From Phycisphaerae bacterium (GTDB taxonomy: Bacteria; Planctomycetota; Phycisphaerae; UBA1845), in assembly GCA_963666835.2 (NCBI GenBank), contig CAXXGO010000006.1, positions 2,080,001 through 2,144,000 of the forward strand: a stretch of 64,000 nt of DNA. The letters run 5' to 3'. The notes under the pieces were generated by a model. The model saw only the letters and a list, made by a program, of their open reading frames with translations, had not been told where the DNA came from and ran no database searches. Positions 60,301-64,000 of the stretch are shown here, piece by piece (position 1 is the first letter of the stretch; every line of letters begins with the position of its first letter). The translations under genes were made by a program, and so were the position numbers.

Positions 60301-62046
60301 ATGGAAATACTGCGTGGCATAGCCGTGTCCCCCGGAGTGGCGATTGGGGAGGCCGTCATTCTTGAGGCGTCGGAGTACCGCATTCCCTACCGGACGGTAC
60401 TGGAGGATGAGGTACCTGGAGAACTGACGCGCTTGGATGCCGCGCTGACCAGCTCTGTGGAGGAGATCGCGCGACAGTCGGAGTGGCTCGACGCTCATCT
60501 CGGGGGGGATGCTGCAAAGGTCTTTGACTGGCACGTGGGGGTTCTCAAGGATGAGCGTCTGCGAAGTAGTATCGAGGTCCTGATCCGCGAGAAGCAAGCC
60601 GCTGCAGCCTACGCCGTCAGCACGGTCATGCGGAACTACCAACGACGGTTCATGCAAATGAGCGACCCGTTGTTGGTTGAACGGATTCGCGATGTTCAGG
60701 ATATCGAGCGGCGCCTTCTCCGCCAGATACTGGGTGACGCCGGGGAAGACCTCGCCCATCTGACCAAGCCGGTTATTCTAGTTGCCCACGACCTGACGCC
60801 CACCCAGACTGCTCAACTGGCCGAGACCCGCGTGATCGGGGTGGCCCTCGATGCCGGAGCGGCGGCATCTCACACTGCCATTCTCTTGCGGTCCTGGGGA
60901 CGCCCGGGAGTGATCGGACTCAATGACGTTTCCACGCGGGTCAGTGGTGGCGACACGGTGATCGTGGACGGCACCAATCAGTTGATCATCGCCAACCCGA
61001 ACGAGGCGACCCTTGAGGATTACCGGGATCAGGAAGCTCGGTATGTGCGCCTGACCGACTCTCTGGCCGAGCTGGCGTCCCTTCCGGCCGTGACTCGAGA
61101 CGGAGAGCGGATCCAGTTGTACAGCAACATAGAGTTTCCGTACGAAGCGGCGACCGGTCTGGACAAAGGTGCGGATGGAGTCGGGTTGTATCGCACCGAG
61201 TTTCTGTATCTGCGCCCGGAAGGGGCGCCATCGGAAGAGGAGCAGTACAACGCCTATCGGCAGGCGATCGAAGGGGCGGGCGGACGTCCGGTGACTATCC
61301 GAACGTTCGACCTGGGAGCCGACAAGTACACTCAGCAGCGGAACTATGAGCAGGAGCGCAATCCCATGCTCGGGCTGCGCTCGATTCGTTATAGCCTGCA
61401 GAACCTCGATCTGTTCAAGGTGCAGTTGCGGGCGATCCTCCGCGCCGCTACCCACGGTGATGTGCGGTTGATGTTCCCGTTGATCACCAGTCTGTTGGAG
61501 TTTCGGCAGGCAAAGATGACGGTGTACGACGCGATGGAGGATCTGGAAGAGGAAGGACTGGAGGTCCCCAGGGACCTGCGCGTCGGGATGATGCTCGAGA
61601 CGCCGGCCGCCGCGGTCCAGGTTAAGGAGTTCTGCCGGGAGGTGGGCTTCATCAGCATTGGGACGAACGATCTCGTGCAGTACATGCTCGCCGTGGATCG
61701 AGGCAACGAACGTGTATCGCAGTTCTACACTCCGTCCCATCCGGCGGTGCTGCGGACCCTGCGCGACGTGTTGCGGGCCTGTTCCCACGCGGACGTGGAC
61801 TGTAGCATTTGTGGGGAGATGGCCGGTCGGCCACTGTACACGCTATTCCTCTTGGGGATCGGATTGCGGAACCTTTCGATGGCTCCCGCGAATATCCCCG
61901 AAGTCAAGAAATTGATCCGCTTGGTGACGATACCGCAAACGCAGCGTATCGCCCGGCGGGCTTTGGGCTTTGATACGGAGCGCCAGGTGACGAACTACCT
62001 GCGCGACAAGACCAGAAAAGTATTACCCGAGGATCCGATGTACTAG
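60301..62046 (+). CDS. ptsI: PEP-protein phosphotransferase (enzyme I, no GAF domain)
   Basis: GIAVSPGVAIG, SHTAIL, GVGLYRTEFL, NPMLGLRSIR, SIGTNDLVQY, CGEMAG. Confidence 0.96.
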   Translation: MEILRGIAVSPGVAIGEAVILEASEYRIPYRTVLEDEVPGELTRLDAALTSSVEEIARQSEWLDAHLGGDAAKVFDWHVGVLKDERLRSSIEVLIREKQAAAAYAVSTVMRNYQRRFMQMSDPLLVERIRDVQDIERRLLRQILGDAGEDLAHLTKPVILVAHDLTPTQTAQLAETRVIGVALDAGAAASHTAILLRSWGRPGVIGLNDVSTRVSGGDTVIVDGTNQLIIANPNEATLEDYRDQEARYVRLTDSLAELASLPAVTRDGERIQLYSNIEFPYEAATGLDKGADGVGLYRTEFLYLRPEGAPSEEEQYNAYRQAIEGAGGRPVTIRTFDLGADKYTQQRNYEQERNPMLGLRSIRYSLQNLDLFKVQLRAILRAATHGDVRLMFPLITSLLEFRQAKMTVYDAMEDLEEEGLEVPRDLRVGMMLETPAAAVQVKEFCREVGFISIGTNDLVQYMLAVDRGNERVSQFYTPSHPAVLRTLRDVLRACSHADVDCSICGEMAGRPLYTLFLLGIGLRNLSMAPANIPEVKKLIRLVTIPQTQRIARRALGFDTERQVTNYLRDKTRKVLPEDPMY

Positions 62047-62122
62047 CCGTACGCGTTCGCTTTTCGGCAGTACCGGTGACTTGGGTGTCCGCTGCATGGC
62101 ATTCGGCGGGTATGAGATTCTT

Positions 62123-62773
62123 ATGACAGACGCGGAGCACCGCGAGCGGTATCGATGGATGTTCGTCTTCAGTTTGGACGGCGATCTCCGATTCGTCTCC
62201 CACCATGATACGCTGCGCCTTTTCCGCCGGGCTCTGGCGAGGGCGGAATTGCCGGTGCGCTTCTCTCAAGGATTCAACCCCCATCCGCGATTGACTATCC
62301 CGGTGCCTCGCCCGGTAGGAATCGCGTCGGATGCCGATGCTCTGTTCGTCGAGACCGACCTTGCCATGAACCCGTCAGACGCGCAGAAACGGCTCGATCA
62401 GCACACGCCGGGTGACATCCGCGTGATCTCGGCTCGAACGCTCGAAGATGGAGATAGGCCGCTGCCGGAGTCCGTACGGTACCGTATGGACGCGGATGCC
62501 GTAGCGGGCGCGGATCTCGACGCGCGAATCCGCGAGGTGCTGGCTCGCGAAACGATCGAAGTGGAAAGGAAGACCCCTCGGAGTACCGAGGTTCGCATCG
62601 TCGATATTAGGCCGTTTGTTGCCGATCTACGTATTGACGGTGCTTTTGTGGAATTCATGCTCCGGATTACGGGCGGAGGAACCGCCAAACCGGCGGAAGT
62701 AGCGGGTCTGCTCGGATGCGACCCGGTCTCAATCAACCACCGGATCCGTCGTCTGGAGATCAAATGGCGATAA
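62123..62773 (+). CDS. DUF2344 / TIGR03936 radical SAM-linked protein
   Basis: LRFVSHHD..RLFRRALARAELPVRFSQGFNPHPRL; upstream of rne as in several phyla. Confidence 0.88.
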   Translation: MTDAEHRERYRWMFVFSLDGDLRFVSHHDTLRLFRRALARAELPVRFSQGFNPHPRLTIPVPRPVGIASDADALFVETDLAMNPSDAQKRLDQHTPGDIRVISARTLEDGDRPLPESVRYRMDADAVAGADLDARIREVLARETIEVERKTPRSTEVRIVDIRPFVADLRIDGAFVEFMLRITGGGTAKPAEVAGLLGCDPVSINHRIRRLEIKWR

Positions 62774-62793
62774 CCAAGAGGCTCGAAGAGGAT

Positions 62794-64000
62794 ATGCCCG
62801 CCAAGGCAAAGAAGAGTACAACTACAACGAAGAAGAGGAAGACCCGTGCCCGCAAGAAAGCCGAGCGGGTCGCGCCGTCGGCTGAAGCGAAAGCGGAGCA
62901 GGGACAGGATGCCGCCGCGCCCCCGGCGGAGGTGAAACAACTGGATGTCGCCGAGGTGGCGCGGGTGATCCCGCCTGCCGACGACGAAGAGGCACCGAAG
63001 AAGAAGCCGGCGACGCGCCGCAGATCTCGTAAAAAGGTCACCCGGAAGAAGACCGCCTCACCAGCTAGCGAACCGCGGGAAGACCCTGTGGTGGAGGCAC
63101 CGGAACCGGTACCGACGCCGGAGCCGGCAGGCGAACCGGCGCCCAAAGTGCGCGATCCCGCGTTGGAGCAGCCCGCCCCTCCGGACCCGGAGGCCCGGCC
63201 GCGCAAGAGACCCCGATCCCGAAAACGCGGCGGAGCCAAGCGCCGACCCGCAGCTGAGCCGGCCAAGGAGCCTCCGGACCATGAGGCGGCTGCGACGGTT
63301 GAGGAGCCCGGGGCCGAGGTTCTCGAAACCGCAACCGGAACCGCTGCCGATGCCCCGGTTAGAGACCGCGAGCCGTCCAGGCGAGGCTCGCGTCGCAGAG
63401 GTCGGCGGGGGGGCAGGTCATCCGGGCGACGGGCGGACTCCCTGGCGGTGGCGGAAGAGCCGGCGCCGCCTGCGGAAGACGAAACCGCGGCCGATCTGGA
63501 GCCGGAGGATCAGCCGCTGACCAAGAGTACCGGCGGCCAGGAGATGATTATCAACGTCTCCGCCGGAGATGAGTGTCGGATAGCCGTGCTGGTGGATGGC
63601 CGTTTGGAGGAGTTGTTCATCGAACGTGCTTCGGCGCAATCGCATGTCGGCAACATCTACAAGGGGCGGGTGACGAACGTGGAACCGAGCATCCAGGCCG
63701 CCTTCGTCGACTTCGGAATGCACAAGAACGGCTTCTTGCACATCTCGGATGTTCAACCGCAGTACTTCCCGAACTACAACGGCGAGCCGGAGGATGTCGG
63801 GCGGAAGATCCCGCGCCACGCCCGTCCGCCGATCCAGAAGTGCTTCCGGCGCGGGCAAGAGGTCATCGTGCAGATAACCAAGGAGGGGGTCGGTACCAAG
63901 GGGCCTACTCTTACGACATACCTCTCGATTCCCGGGCGGTTCCTGGTGATGATGCCGGGAATGAGTCGCCACGGCGTGTCGCGGAAAATCGAGGACGAGG
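62794..64000 (+). CDS. rne: Ribonuclease E/G family protein, 5' part (runs off the window; absent from the ORF track)
   Basis: Read manually: about 250-aa low-complexity N-terminus, then EMIINV...ECRIAVL, VGNIYKGRVTNVEPSIQAAFVDFG, VQITKEGVGTKGPTLTTYLSIPGRFLV. Confidence 0.93.
   Translation, partial: MPAKAKKSTTTTKKRKTRARKKAERVAPSAEAKAEQGQDAAAPPAEVKQLDVAEVARVIPPADDEEAPKKKPATRRRSRKKVTRKKTASPASEPREDPVVEAPEPVPTPEPAGEPAPKVRDPALEQPAPPDPEARPRKRPRSRKRGGAKRRPAAEPAKEPPDHEAAATVEEPGAEVLETATGTAADAPVRDREPSRRGSRRRGRRGGRSSGRRADSLAVAEEPAPPAEDETAADLEPEDQPLTKSTGGQEMIINVSAGDECRIAVLVDGRLEELFIERASAQSHVGNIYKGRVTNVEPSIQAAFVDFGMHKNGFLHISDVQPQYFPNYNGEPEDVGRKIPRHARPPIQKCFRRGQEVIVQITKEGVGTKGPTLTTYLSIPGRFLVMMPGMSRHGVSRKIEDE

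Overview
GC-rich bacterial chromosomal window, most likely from a planctomycete (Phycisphaerae-like). This is an inference from a DUF1559-type pilin-like gene, a ddl-ftsQ pair without ftsA/ftsZ, and the hpf-ptsN-HPr-EI and DUF2344-rne arrangements. The flanks (1-20 kb and 56-64 kb) carry mostly housekeeping genes: ddl, ftsQ-like, ilvC, mgtE, alaS, hslVU, rpsU, an SDR, a regulatory PTS cluster and RNase E/G. They also hold an AbrB-Doc toxin-antitoxin pair and several REP/REPIN-like repeat clusters. The centre (about 20-56 kb) is a complete type VI secretion system: tssJKLM, tagF, tssABC, hcp, tssEFG, clpV, vgrG and PAAR. Its accessory parts are unusual: (i) a divergent PpkA-like membrane kinase with a degenerate catalytic loop, facing a TagH-like protein with no FHA domain; (ii) a very long TssM; (iii) a LysM/transthyretin-like/peptidoglycan-binding protein carrying an insert of about 660 aa of amphipathic helical repeats; (iv) a candidate clan CD cysteine-protease effector followed by a duplicated pair of PepSY-like candidate immunity genes; (v) a sigma54-type promoter dedicated to hcp. 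All family calls come from motif recognition by eye; no database searches were run.
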